A stretch of DNA of 64,000 nucleotides from Parcubacteria group bacterium. Lineage in GTDB: Bacteria; Patescibacteriota; Patescibacteriia; UBA2169. The notes beneath the pieces were generated by a model, which ran no database searches, had not been told where the DNA came from, and saw nothing but the letters and a program-made list of their open reading frames with translations. How positions within the stretch are numbered: position 1 is the stretch's first letter; every line of letters begins with the position of its first letter. Shown here piece after piece: positions 27,920 through 37,107 of this stretch. Location of the stretch: positions 157,062-221,061 of the forward strand of contig JACOYR010000001.1 of the NCBI GenBank assembly GCA_016181765.1. Direction: 5' to 3'. The translations under genes and the position numbers were made by a program.

Positions 27920-28660
27920 TTATTTTTTACGCGCGATGCAGAGCACCGAAAGCCCAAAAGGAAAATTAACATATAGTATGAGTTTCGCCTCAAAAAAAAG
28001 GACCCATTTAAACAAAAAATTCAAGACTGGGTTCGCGCGGAACGTGCTCCCCGCAATATCTTTTTGCGGATACCAGTGTTCGGAAAACCGCTTCGCGACT
28101 GCCAAAGGAAACAAGAAACAGTTTACGTGGGATGCTTTTTCTATCAAGAATCCGGCCTCCGAAAGCTTTTGCATGAGTTCTCTTTTCGCATATCGCTTCT
28201 TGGTCCACACCACGTCATCCTGGTGCCCGCGCAACCAGTCGTAAGCAGGCTCCCGCACAATCAGGATGCCGCCGGGCCGCAACACCCGCCAGAACTCCCG
28301 AAGCGCCTGCGCATCATTCCCTGCCTTGGCGTGGTACAGCACGTCAAGGCAGGTCACCGCAGCAAACATAGCATCCGGATACGGCAATTCGGTAATTGAG
28401 CCAAGCGCAATGCGCTCGGCAATGTGCTTTTCTTCAGCAAACGCAATGGCGGCCGGAGATTGATCGATGCCATATATGCGTCCATACTGCGCAAGCAGAT
28501 TGAACACGCCCCCGGTGCCACACCCCGCATCCAAAATAACATTCTCCTGCCCACGCGGAACATATCGGGAAAGTTCCGCATCAATAATGCGCTGCATTCC
28601 TACGTGCCACCAAAATGCTCCTTCGCGCTCGTTCATGAGTTGGTATGCTTCACGCTCCAT
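27920..28660 (-). CDS. Class I SAM-dependent methyltransferase
   Basis: VILDAGCGTGGVFNLLAQYGRIYGIDQSPAAIAFA, LRPGGILIV. Confidence 0.7.
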   Translation of the reverse strand: MEREAYQLMNEREGAFWWHVGMQRIIDAELSRYVPRGQENVILDAGCGTGGVFNLLAQYGRIYGIDQSPAAIAFAEEKHIAERIALGSITELPYPDAMFAAVTCLDVLYHAKAGNDAQALREFWRVLRPGGILIVREPAYDWLRGHQDDVVWTKKRYAKRELMQKLSEAGFLIEKASHVNCFLFPLAVAKRFSEHWYPQKDIAGSTFRANPVLNFLFKWVLFFEAKLILYVNFPFGLSVLCIARKK

Positions 28661-30401
28661 GCGCCATATCATTAAACATAAATATCGCGATGCCATCACG
28701 ATCATATACTTTAGCAAGATCGGGATACTGGTCTAACTTCCACTCCGGGTTGAGTGTTTTATCCCACACAAAATAATCCAAACGATAACGCCGCAGCAAA
28801 TCAAGATTCCAGCCATTCTGCGCCAAACGATCGTATGTAGATTGCACAAGCGCGAGCTCGCGCGCAAGCGAAAACTCGGTCGTCCATGGAACCCCCAAGC
28901 GGTCGTGCAACCAGTGCGTGTTCCGCTCAATCATCGCAGGCTGGGTCCATAGAATTCTTGGAACCTCCCCGAGCCCGAAGTTTGCCGCTTTGAATTGACC
29001 AATGTCAAAAAAATGAAACAAGAGAGTCCGTTCAATAATCTCAGCATCGCTGGCCAATAAATAGTACGCATTCTCGCTGTAGTACACGTTCGCATGCGTG
29101 TACACAGGTACGAGCCACATGAATCCGAGATTTGAGAACACAACCGAATCAGTCGGCGCATTCCCGTTTATCCACGCCAGAGAATCTGTATAGCGCTGCT
29201 CGATCTCTTCTGTGGCCGCAATCCGTAAACTGCGCTGGTACGGAGGGAAATTGAATGTCTGGAGCCGCCAGGCTGGCACTGCCACCATGAGTGCCACCGC
29301 GCCTGCGACGGACGCATCAAACATCTTCCGCGCTGCCCACGCATGTTTAAAAATGACGTTAAACAGATACTGCCCCGCAAGAAAATATACAAAAATCGGC
29401 ATATACGACCAATGATTCGCATTCTCAACGGTAATGCCAGTGATAATTTGATGATTAGGATAGACGACATTCGCGATAAGCAGCGCGAACAGAATGTGCG
29501 AACGCTGTTCGCGCTGCAAACAATAATGTCGTGTCACAAAGATAAAGAACGCAAGCCATACCAGAGCAACGGCGAGCCGCGGAAACGTCTCCGGCCAGTG
29601 GGTGGAAAACACGCCCATGCGCAAGGCCATCTCATGGTAAAAAGGCGCTTCTACGCCAAAAATGACGCGAACCAAATAGGGCCCCGCAATGACCAACGCA
29701 ACGGCCGCAATCGCGAGGTGCCGCTTGAACTGAACATGGTCCCGCCGCACAATCAACAGCAGCGCGTACACGCCCAACACTACCAATAAAAACGACCAGT
29801 GGAAAAAATACGTCAAAAACAGCAATCCAAGCGCCAGGCCGCACATGAGCGTGCGCAATCGCTTATATTTGTTTTCGAGAATAAGCCCAAACCAGCTCAA
29901 CAAAAATATCAACAACAATGGGAATGATACGACCGGGTGAATCGGTTTGGTCATGCCGCCAGTCACCACCGTAAAAAACGCGAGTGAAAGCACAAACGAA
30001 CTCGCACGATTGGGGTATAACAACATCAGCAATAAGTAAAACAGCGCCGCCATCAATGCGGGCGAAACAAATGTCAGCCCAGCCTGGAGCGCGGGGATGG
30101 AGATGTGCAGACTCCAGGCAAAAAATGCCATAAACAGTTCTCCACCAACCGCCTGCGGGTATGTCTCGTCTTTATGTTCGGCCACGTATGGGTTGTTCAT
30201 GTCCAAATGCCCATCCAATGCCTCATGCGCCCGGGACAAATAAAAGTTCGCGTCATCGTTGAACTGCGGCCAGATACCTTGAAAACTGTCCCCCATTCGC
30301 TGCAGCGAAAAGAAAAGCGGTAGAACACTAAACGTGCCAACCAGTAGGGCAACCGCGACAAGCGGCCAATACTTTTTGAGTAACAAAAATTTACCGGACA
30401 T
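28650..30401 (-). CDS. Polytopic membrane protein with large C-terminal extracytoplasmic domain; possible GT-C-fold glycosyltransferase (ArnT/PMT-like)
   Basis: At least 10 predicted TM helices followed by a soluble domain of about 200 aa. No diagnostic motif was recognised, so the call rests on architecture and context only. Confidence 0.4.
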   Translation of the reverse strand: MSGKFLLLKKYWPLVAVALLVGTFSVLPLFFSLQRMGDSFQGIWPQFNDDANFYLSRAHEALDGHLDMNNPYVAEHKDETYPQAVGGELFMAFFAWSLHISIPALQAGLTFVSPALMAALFYLLLMLLYPNRASSFVLSLAFFTVVTGGMTKPIHPVVSFPLLLIFLLSWFGLILENKYKRLRTLMCGLALGLLFLTYFFHWSFLLVVLGVYALLLIVRRDHVQFKRHLAIAAVALVIAGPYLVRVIFGVEAPFYHEMALRMGVFSTHWPETFPRLAVALVWLAFFIFVTRHYCLQREQRSHILFALLIANVVYPNHQIITGITVENANHWSYMPIFVYFLAGQYLFNVIFKHAWAARKMFDASVAGAVALMVAVPAWRLQTFNFPPYQRSLRIAATEEIEQRYTDSLAWINGNAPTDSVVFSNLGFMWLVPVYTHANVYYSENAYYLLASDAEIIERTLLFHFFDIGQFKAANFGLGEVPRILWTQPAMIERNTHWLHDRLGVPWTTEFSLARELALVQSTYDRLAQNGWNLDLLRRYRLDYFVWDKTLNPEWKLDQYPDLAKVYDRDGIAIFMFNDMAHGA

Positions 30402-31455
30402 GCAGTTGCTTCTTTATGATGGACACAATGCGCGCCGACGTTTTTCCGTCCCAGTATTTGATGCGCGCCGTTCGCTTTTTAAAATTGACCCCGTGGTACG
30501 CTTTTAGGATTGAGCGTTTCGCAACGCCGCCAATGATATTTGTCCCGCTGGTGACAGTAATTGGCCGTTCGGTTTCCGTACGCAAGGTAAGGCAGGGAAT
30601 GCCCAGGTAGCTTGTTTCTTCTTGCACGCCGCCCGAATCCGTGAGTACTAAGCGCGCATGCTTCAAATATGAGACGGCTCGTGCATACGAGAGTGGAGGC
30701 AGTAAATGACATGCAACCTTGAGCTTCTTTGTAAGACCGAACTTCTGCGCCATTTTTTTGGTGCGCGGATGTAGGGGCAGGTAGATGATTGCATCTTCGG
30801 CAATGACCTCAAGTGCCGCGATAATCTCGGAAAACACTTTTTTGCTGTCAACATTTTCCGTCCGGTGCAGCGTGCAAAAGTAATACTTCCCACTGACTTT
30901 TTTTGCCTTTTTTATAAACAGTTTGAGCGTATCAATCATGATGTTCCCGACAAAGTGCACACAGCCTGTAATGCCTTCGCGCTTGAGGTTCTTAACTCCC
31001 TCTTCTTGGGTGACGAACAACAGGTCTGACAGCCGGTCTGTTTGTATACGATTATGCTCTTCCGGCATCTTGTTATTGAATGACCGCAACCCAGCCTCTA
31101 CGTGGCCGAGGGAGATACGCATTTTCTTTGCGACCTGCGCCGCCCACAAGGTTGCGTTCACATCTCCAACCACAATAACCATGCGCGGCTCTTCTTTTTT
31201 GAATATTTTTGCAAGTCCGGCTTTGATGTCGTGCATCTGTTCTTTGCTTGACGTGTGAGACGGCTTGAGTGTGTAGTCGGGCTTGAGGTTGAATTCTTTT
31301 AAAAAATCATCAGCCATGTTCTTGCTGAAGTGCTGGCCCGTGTTCACTAAAAAATGGCGCATCTTCTGCTTTTTGAGCTCGCGGACCAGAGGCGCGACTT
31401 TCATAAAATTCGGCCGCGCTCCTGCGATGATTGCTATGGATGGCTGTTTGGTCAT
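30391..31455 (-). CDS. wecB: UDP-N-acetylglucosamine 2-epimerase (non-hydrolysing)
   Basis: IAIIAGARPNFMKVAPL, NTGQHF, HVEAGLRSFN..MPEEHNR (WecB/MnaA signature). Confidence 0.85.
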   Translation of the reverse strand: MTKQPSIAIIAGARPNFMKVAPLVRELKKQKMRHFLVNTGQHFSKNMADDFLKEFNLKPDYTLKPSHTSSKEQMHDIKAGLAKIFKKEEPRMVIVVGDVNATLWAAQVAKKMRISLGHVEAGLRSFNNKMPEEHNRIQTDRLSDLLFVTQEEGVKNLKREGITGCVHFVGNIMIDTLKLFIKKAKKVSGKYYFCTLHRTENVDSKKVFSEIIAALEVIAEDAIIYLPLHPRTKKMAQKFGLTKKLKVACHLLPPLSYARAVSYLKHARLVLTDSGGVQEETSYLGIPCLTLRTETERPITVTSGTNIIGGVAKRSILKAYHGVNFKKRTARIKYWDGKTSARIVSIIKKQLHVR

Positions 31456-31456
31456 A

Positions 31457-32482
31457 TTATGTTCCGGGCTGAATATACGCGTTCATCTGACTAACAAGTG
31501 ACGATAGGCTGTGACGGTCTTTGACGATGTTCGCAAGATACACGGAATCATATGGTTTCCATTTTTCCGACAAAATGAATTTCGCAATTTCCTTTGGGTC
31601 ATCACGCCCAATGGAAGCAGGTAAGCCAATTGCCTCTGAATTGGTTTTGGTGGTGATGGGATACACACCAAAGAGCATTCCCTCCAGCATGGTCTTATCA
31701 ATGGTTTCGGATGCCATGTTCACCATGACGCGGTGTTGCGCGTATACCTCTTTAAGTTGGTGCATAGGAAGCGGCCCTTTGAATGTGACGCGATGTTCCA
31801 ATCTTTCGGCTGTAACGAGCTCAAGCAGCTCCTGCACGTAATCCTTTTCCACGTCCCTGCCATACACGGTCAATGAATACTCTTCCGGCAAGTACTTCAA
31901 GGCCATAATGCCGAACTCAAGGCGCTTTGATCGGCACAAGCGGTGCACGGTAAGCAGTTTCTGTGGCGATTGATTGTTTTCTGACGGAGTAGACCTCCAA
32001 AAATCCACATCAATACCATGACCAGTGATGACCTTTTTGGGGCTCCCCTCGTACTGCGGCAAACTTTGACGGGTAGCCGCAAATAACCGCTTGCACAGCC
32101 ACCCGGCCAAGCGCATGTGCGCGTGCATGGTGTAGTGCGTGTACCATAAGTACATGGGCACGCGCTTAAGCCACCAGTACCAGCCGCCGAGCGTGAAATA
32201 TTCTGGATTCATATGCACAAACACGCGATCGTACTCAAGCGTAAAAATCAATTTCAAAAATCTACAAGCCCGCCGCAACGTGCCATAGCCATTCTCTTTA
32301 CTTAATGAATGCACCGGGAATGATCCATCAAACTCGCCTTTCTCCAAACAAATAACCTGCACACCAATACCCTGCCTGATGAATTCTTTTATCCATAAAA
32401 TAATAAACGCCAAATCATCATCATCTTGATGAATCTTTTGGGTGATGAAGATCAGCGATGGTTTGTTGCTTACATCTGCCAT
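31457..32482 (-). CDS. Glycosyltransferase (GT-B fold, GT1/GT4-like)
   Basis: Size and C-terminal region resemble GT-B enzymes. Motifs are weak. Confidence 0.45.
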   Translation of the reverse strand: MADVSNKPSLIFITQKIHQDDDDLAFIILWIKEFIRQGIGVQVICLEKGEFDGSFPVHSLSKENGYGTLRRACRFLKLIFTLEYDRVFVHMNPEYFTLGGWYWWLKRVPMYLWYTHYTMHAHMRLAGWLCKRLFAATRQSLPQYEGSPKKVITGHGIDVDFWRSTPSENNQSPQKLLTVHRLCRSKRLEFGIMALKYLPEEYSLTVYGRDVEKDYVQELLELVTAERLEHRVTFKGPLPMHQLKEVYAQHRVMVNMASETIDKTMLEGMLFGVYPITTKTNSEAIGLPASIGRDDPKEIAKFILSEKWKPYDSVYLANIVKDRHSLSSLVSQMNAYIQPGT

Positions 32483-33567
32483 AGTTGTTTTTGGCGTTCA
32501 AGCAGTGCTTCCTTGTCCGGCAGCTGGAGAACTACAGAACGGGCAACGGCCCCAAGCTGTGCGCGTACAGCCTCGTCGGCAACTAAACGAAGCATGGCCT
32601 CGGTAAGCGCGTTCCCGTCTCCAACCGGGACCACGATGCTGTTCTCTTGGTTGATAATTTCTCCGACCAGCCCGACATCTGTAGTAATAATCGGCAATCC
32701 GGCTACGGCCGCTTCAATTAATGTCCTGCCATAACCCTCATAATTTGAGGTGTTTAGGAATATATCTGCGCTTGCAAAGTATTGAGCCAGATTCCGAACA
32801 AATCCCTCAAACACAACAGAATCCTGCAGTTGATACATGGCAACAAGCTGCTCAAGGTGTTTTTGTTCGGAGCCACTGCCTGCGATTACCAACCCGATCT
32901 TGGAATTCGCCCGCGCTACATCAGCAAACGCGCGGATGGCAAGGCTGATATTTTTCTCCGGCTCAAGCCGGGATGCCATGAATACAATGGTTTCAAACTG
33001 GGAATACTTCTTGTGCAAATCAATTTCCGGTGCTTCGTTTGGTACAAGGCTGACAAAAATAGGAAGCACGGCGATTTTCTCTTCTGGCAAGCCCAAATCA
33101 ACTAAAGACCGCTTAATGCGTTCGCTTACCACGCGAATTGAATCAGCCTTCGGCAAAAGCCGTTTGGCGATATTCACGCGGATAAAATTCTTAAACGACA
33201 TGCGACCAAAATACGGGCTCAAAAAATCGGTATGCACCTGCAACTGCAATTTTGACTTGAGGCGGCGGCGAATGAGCCACCCAGCTAGCCCAGTTTCAAA
33301 CGGATCTTGCGCCGTGACCACATCAACAGTTCCATTGATTGACTGCTTAGCAATGCGCAGCATATCTAAAACATACCACAATTTTGAGCGCGAGTTTGTT
33401 GGAATCGCACGCACCCTATCGGAAATCGCAAACTCCCGGTGCGGCGAAACCGTACACACAATAATATCAAGCCGCTCCGCGAGCGTTCCATAGTCTTTCA
33501 TCCGGCTTTGGCTTTCGCTTGCGGATTCAAGGATTGAAGCATCAGTTGAGAGCATCAGCACCCTCAT
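32470..33567 (-). CDS. Glycosyltransferase family 4
   Basis: MRVLMLSTDASILE...; EGYGRTLIEAAVAGLPIITTDVG (EX7E). Confidence 0.75.
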   Translation of the reverse strand: MRVLMLSTDASILESASESQSRMKDYGTLAERLDIIVCTVSPHREFAISDRVRAIPTNSRSKLWYVLDMLRIAKQSINGTVDVVTAQDPFETGLAGWLIRRRLKSKLQLQVHTDFLSPYFGRMSFKNFIRVNIAKRLLPKADSIRVVSERIKRSLVDLGLPEEKIAVLPIFVSLVPNEAPEIDLHKKYSQFETIVFMASRLEPEKNISLAIRAFADVARANSKIGLVIAGSGSEQKHLEQLVAMYQLQDSVVFEGFVRNLAQYFASADIFLNTSNYEGYGRTLIEAAVAGLPIITTDVGLVGEIINQENSIVVPVGDGNALTEAMLRLVADEAVRAQLGAVARSVVLQLPDKEALLERQKQLWQM

Positions 33568-34027
33568 GTGGAATTTCTTTTTTAAACGTAATAAATTTAT
33601 TAACCGCGTAACTCGCGGCTGCAACGCCACCCATAATAATCACGGATGCGAGCAAGTACCAGATATGAAACTTATCAACCAGGGCATAGATTAAAATCGG
33701 GGTCAGAAAAAATTCCGCGCTACCCATCATCGTGTAAATGGCTGACTGCGTTTTAATGCGCCGCCACCCATACTCCCGGAACGTCCAAAACTTTTGAAGC
33801 AGAAAACCAGCAATATGAGAGACAAGGAATGCAACCACCGAGGAAGCAACATACCAGATGCCGAACAAATCAGTCAGCACATACAACGAAACCAAATTAA
33901 CTACTGCGGACGTGCCGCCCGAAATAATATATTTAATCCCAGTCTTGTTGGTATGGATAAGCTCAAGCAGCCACGGCGCATGCTGTGCCAGTGTCTGCTT
34001 GAGATATTGTTTAACGGGCTGGTACAT
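33542..34027 (-). CDS. GtrA-family small membrane protein (polyprenyl-phosphate-sugar flippase-like)
   Basis: KYIISGGTSAVVNLVSLYVLTDLFGIWYVASSVVAFLVSHIAGFLLQKFWTF. Four TM helices, typical GtrA family size. Confidence 0.7.
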   Translation of the reverse strand: MYQPVKQYLKQTLAQHAPWLLELIHTNKTGIKYIISGGTSAVVNLVSLYVLTDLFGIWYVASSVVAFLVSHIAGFLLQKFWTFREYGWRRIKTQSAIYTMMGSAEFFLTPILIYALVDKFHIWYLLASVIIMGGVAAASYAVNKFITFKKEIPHEGADALN

Positions 34028-35165
34028 GCGCTTGGTTGATTAATTTTTGATACTCGTCCTCGTACTGCCGAGCTATCACATTCCAACTGAATTGCCGCTT
34101 AACAACATCCCGTCCCGCAGGCTGCAATGCATCTTTATAACTATGCGGCTGGCTCCTTATATCGTTGATTTTCTTGGCAACTCCCCGCGCATTGTTTTCT
34201 GTAATTGCCTCAACAATGCCTTCCTTAATCAAATCCTTGATGCCGCCAACCGGCGCGCCAATCACCGCCAATCCCGCGGCGGTTGCCTCCAGAAACGAAT
34301 TTCCAAGCCCCTCTGACCGCGAAGGGCGAACGAACGCGTCAGACGACCACAATAGTTCCGGGAGGCTCTCGTGGCTAACATGCCCAAGAAACAAAACTCT
34401 GTTTCCGAACTTTTCAGCTTGAGCCTTCAACTTCTGCTCGTCTTTTCCGGTACCTGCGATAACCAGCTTCACCTGCTCCGGAACATGCTCCATTGCATCA
34501 ATTAGAATATCAATGCCATTCTTGCGCACCAGCCGCGAAGTAGTGATGACAACAAACTCATTTTCTTTGATGCCCCAACTTTTACGAATTTCCCGTTGCC
34601 GCTCTTCGCTGACTTCTTGAAAAAAACGCTCGTCAACCGCGTTTGGTATAATGACAATATCCTCTACCCTGGCTCCGTACTTTTGAGCCCGCTTACTAAG
34701 CCACGTGCTGATGGCCGTAATCTTGTCCGTTTTGGTGTATATTTGCGCGTACGTCTTTTTCCAGAACCAGGTCCGCTTGTTGATGAACTCGTCCGGATCC
34801 CCGCTCTGCAAGGTCAGAAGGTAGGGGACGGATGGACAGCGCCTCTTGAATAACAAGGCCGCAAAGCCCGCGTATGTCTCAAGCACCGCGTGAATGATAT
34901 CGTACGGCTTTTCGACGTGCTTGCGCAGCGCGAGACGAGCCGCGCGCCAGGGGTACAGCCACTTGTCCAACAATGAACGGCCGCTTCCCACGCGGTACAC
35001 GTTCACGTTTCCGATGCGCTCATGCCGGGGCAAGCGCACATTCAAACGCGCCGTAAACAAATCAAACTCGTACCCTTCTAGGCGGTTGGTAACCTCTTTG
35101 ATGGCAACCTCTGCCCCGCCAATGAAGGGATCATAGGTCACTGAAAATAGTGCTACGCGTTTCAT
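34011..35165 (-). CDS. Glycosyltransferase family 4
   Basis: MKRVALFSVTYDPFIGGAEVAIKE...; EGLGNSFLEATAAGLAVIGAPVGG. Confidence 0.75.
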   Translation of the reverse strand: MKRVALFSVTYDPFIGGAEVAIKEVTNRLEGYEFDLFTARLNVRLPRHERIGNVNVYRVGSGRSLLDKWLYPWRAARLALRKHVEKPYDIIHAVLETYAGFAALLFKRRCPSVPYLLTLQSGDPDEFINKRTWFWKKTYAQIYTKTDKITAISTWLSKRAQKYGARVEDIVIIPNAVDERFFQEVSEERQREIRKSWGIKENEFVVITTSRLVRKNGIDILIDAMEHVPEQVKLVIAGTGKDEQKLKAQAEKFGNRVLFLGHVSHESLPELLWSSDAFVRPSRSEGLGNSFLEATAAGLAVIGAPVGGIKDLIKEGIVEAITENNARGVAKKINDIRSQPHSYKDALQPAGRDVVKRQFSWNVIARQYEDEYQKLINQAHVPAR

Positions 35166-35938
35166 AGGGTGCGGTACTTCTGATTCATCTCATCCACCTT
35201 CTCAAGCAGCCCAACGTCAACGCCTTTTTTCTTTCCGAGTTCAACCAATGCGAGAAGGTCTTTGGGCAAGCACTTGCCCCCATACCCGCGGTACCCGCCG
35301 TGCAGCACGTCAAAGTGCGAATCAATAATGCGCTGGTCCGACACAAACGCTTCCTTCACTTCGTTGTAATCAACCCCAAGTGATTGGCATAAATCATACA
35401 GCATATTACCGAACACGACCTTGGTCGCATAAAATGTGTTGACAGCGTACTTGACGAGTTCCGTAGAAGCGGCGGACATGATTTTTTTGTACGGCGCATG
35501 TGGAAGCATGTCTAAAACTGATCGGCTGACATCGCGGCTCGTTGACGTATAGCCCACTAATTGTTTATCAGGGTTTTTGAAATCTTGTTCTGCCGTCGCC
35601 TGCGTCAGAAATTCCGGATTGAACAGAACTTTAAGATGCTGATATTTTTGTTGAAAATAATCCGTGGTGCCAGGCACGCATGTTGACTTGATGACGACTA
35701 TGCGCGGCTCGTTGATTGAACCGATTTTTTCAAACACGTCATCAAGCGCGCTCCGGTTGAACCCGTTTTCGTACGGCGTGGGCACGCACACGAAAATCAA
35801 CTCTTGCTTGAGCACCTCCTCCAAGGGATCCATAAGCTTGAATTTGTCGTACACATTGGATCCTCCAAAAAAGGAGGCAACACTGCTTCCCACAAAACCG
35901 CCTCCCATGATCCCTATTGTATACTTATGATTTGACAT
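35162..35938 (-). CDS. Nucleotide-sugar dehydrogenase (UDP-Glc/UDP-ManNAc dehydrogenase family) lacking the C-terminal UDP-binding domain
   Basis: N-terminal GIMGGGFVGSS Rossmann motif, then LIFVCVPTP and the central dimerisation domain (NMLYDLCQSLGVDYNEVKEAF). The ORF ends after about 260 aa and abuts the next gene, so the C-terminal domain of about 100 aa is absent. Confidence 0.55.
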   Translation of the reverse strand: MSNHKYTIGIMGGGFVGSSVASFFGGSNVYDKFKLMDPLEEVLKQELIFVCVPTPYENGFNRSALDDVFEKIGSINEPRIVVIKSTCVPGTTDYFQQKYQHLKVLFNPEFLTQATAEQDFKNPDKQLVGYTSTSRDVSRSVLDMLPHAPYKKIMSAASTELVKYAVNTFYATKVVFGNMLYDLCQSLGVDYNEVKEAFVSDQRIIDSHFDVLHGGYRGYGGKCLPKDLLALVELGKKKGVDVGLLEKVDEMNQKYRTL

Positions 35939-36003
35939 GATACGATGAAAATTGTTGACATGCAGTAATAGTACCAGAAATGCCCTAAAAAACAAGCAGA
36001 TTC

Positions 36004-37107
36004 ATGACCACAATTCTCTACATTGTAACGCAGCAGGAATTCGGGGGCGCACAGCGGTACATATTTGATTTGGCCACGAATTTAGATAAAAGTCAATACG
36101 ACGTTCATATAGCCGCGGGAGAGGAAAAGGAGGGATTCCCAGCTTCTAATGGGGACAAGTTTTTTGACCGCGCCAGAGGCCAAAATTTGACCGTACACAG
36201 CCTCAAACACCTGGTTCGGCCCATCTCCCTTATTAATGATTTTTTAGCCTATTTTGAACTCAAAAAGCTCATTTCCGAGCTCAAGCCGGACATTGTGCAT
36301 CTGAACAGTTCAAAGGCAGGGGTCCTGGGCTCCATGGCAGCCAAGGCGCTTGGAGTGCCCAAAATCATTTACACGGCGCACGGGTTCGTATTCAACGAAC
36401 CAATGAACCCGCTCAAACGCTGGCTCTATACCCACGCCGAACTCGGCACCGCCAAGCGCGTTGACCGCATTATCGCGGTTTCTGAATTTGACCGACAAGC
36501 CGGAATCAAAGCCGGAATTGACGAAAACAAAATAGTGACCGTGCACAATGGCATTGATCCCTCATCTTTACGCTTCTTTTCAGAAGAAGATGCACGCGCT
36601 CAACTGAACATAACAGAGCACACACCGCTCATCGGCTGTATCGCAAACTTTTATCAGACCAAGGGGCTAGATGTGCTGATTGGCGCAATGGCAGACATCA
36701 ACGCACAGCTCGTCATCGTTGGAGACGGCGAACTGCGGCCGCAGTTGGAAGAACAAATCAAAAAACTCAACCTGGCCGACCAAGTCCATCTCACAGGCCA
36801 GCTTCCGGACGCGCACCAATACCTCAAAGCGTTTGATATATTCGTGCTTGCCTCCCGCAAAGAGGGGTTCCCCTACGTTCTGCTTGAGGCGGCTGCCGCG
36901 GGGGTCCCGATTGTGGCAACCAGAGTTGGGGGTGTTCCGGAAATCATTCATGACGAAATAACCGGCTACCTTGCAGAACCCTGCAATCCTGATGAGCTCG
37001 CACAAAAAATCAGCCAAGCGCTCGCGCACCCCCTTGCTCCGCAACTGCCAAAAGACTGCACCGTGCAGCACATGGTTGAAAAGACGCTTGCCGCGTACCG
37101 CGCCTAG
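36004..37107 (+). CDS. Glycosyltransferase family 4
   Basis: MTTILYIVTQQEFGGAQRY; EGFPYVLLEAAAAGVPIVATRVGGVPEII. The only plus-strand gene in the cluster. Confidence 0.8.
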   Translation: MTTILYIVTQQEFGGAQRYIFDLATNLDKSQYDVHIAAGEEKEGFPASNGDKFFDRARGQNLTVHSLKHLVRPISLINDFLAYFELKKLISELKPDIVHLNSSKAGVLGSMAAKALGVPKIIYTAHGFVFNEPMNPLKRWLYTHAELGTAKRVDRIIAVSEFDRQAGIKAGIDENKIVTVHNGIDPSSLRFFSEEDARAQLNITEHTPLIGCIANFYQTKGLDVLIGAMADINAQLVIVGDGELRPQLEEQIKKLNLADQVHLTGQLPDAHQYLKAFDIFVLASRKEGFPYVLLEAAAAGVPIVATRVGGVPEIIHDEITGYLAEPCNPDELAQKISQALAHPLAPQLPKDCTVQHMVEKTLAAYRA

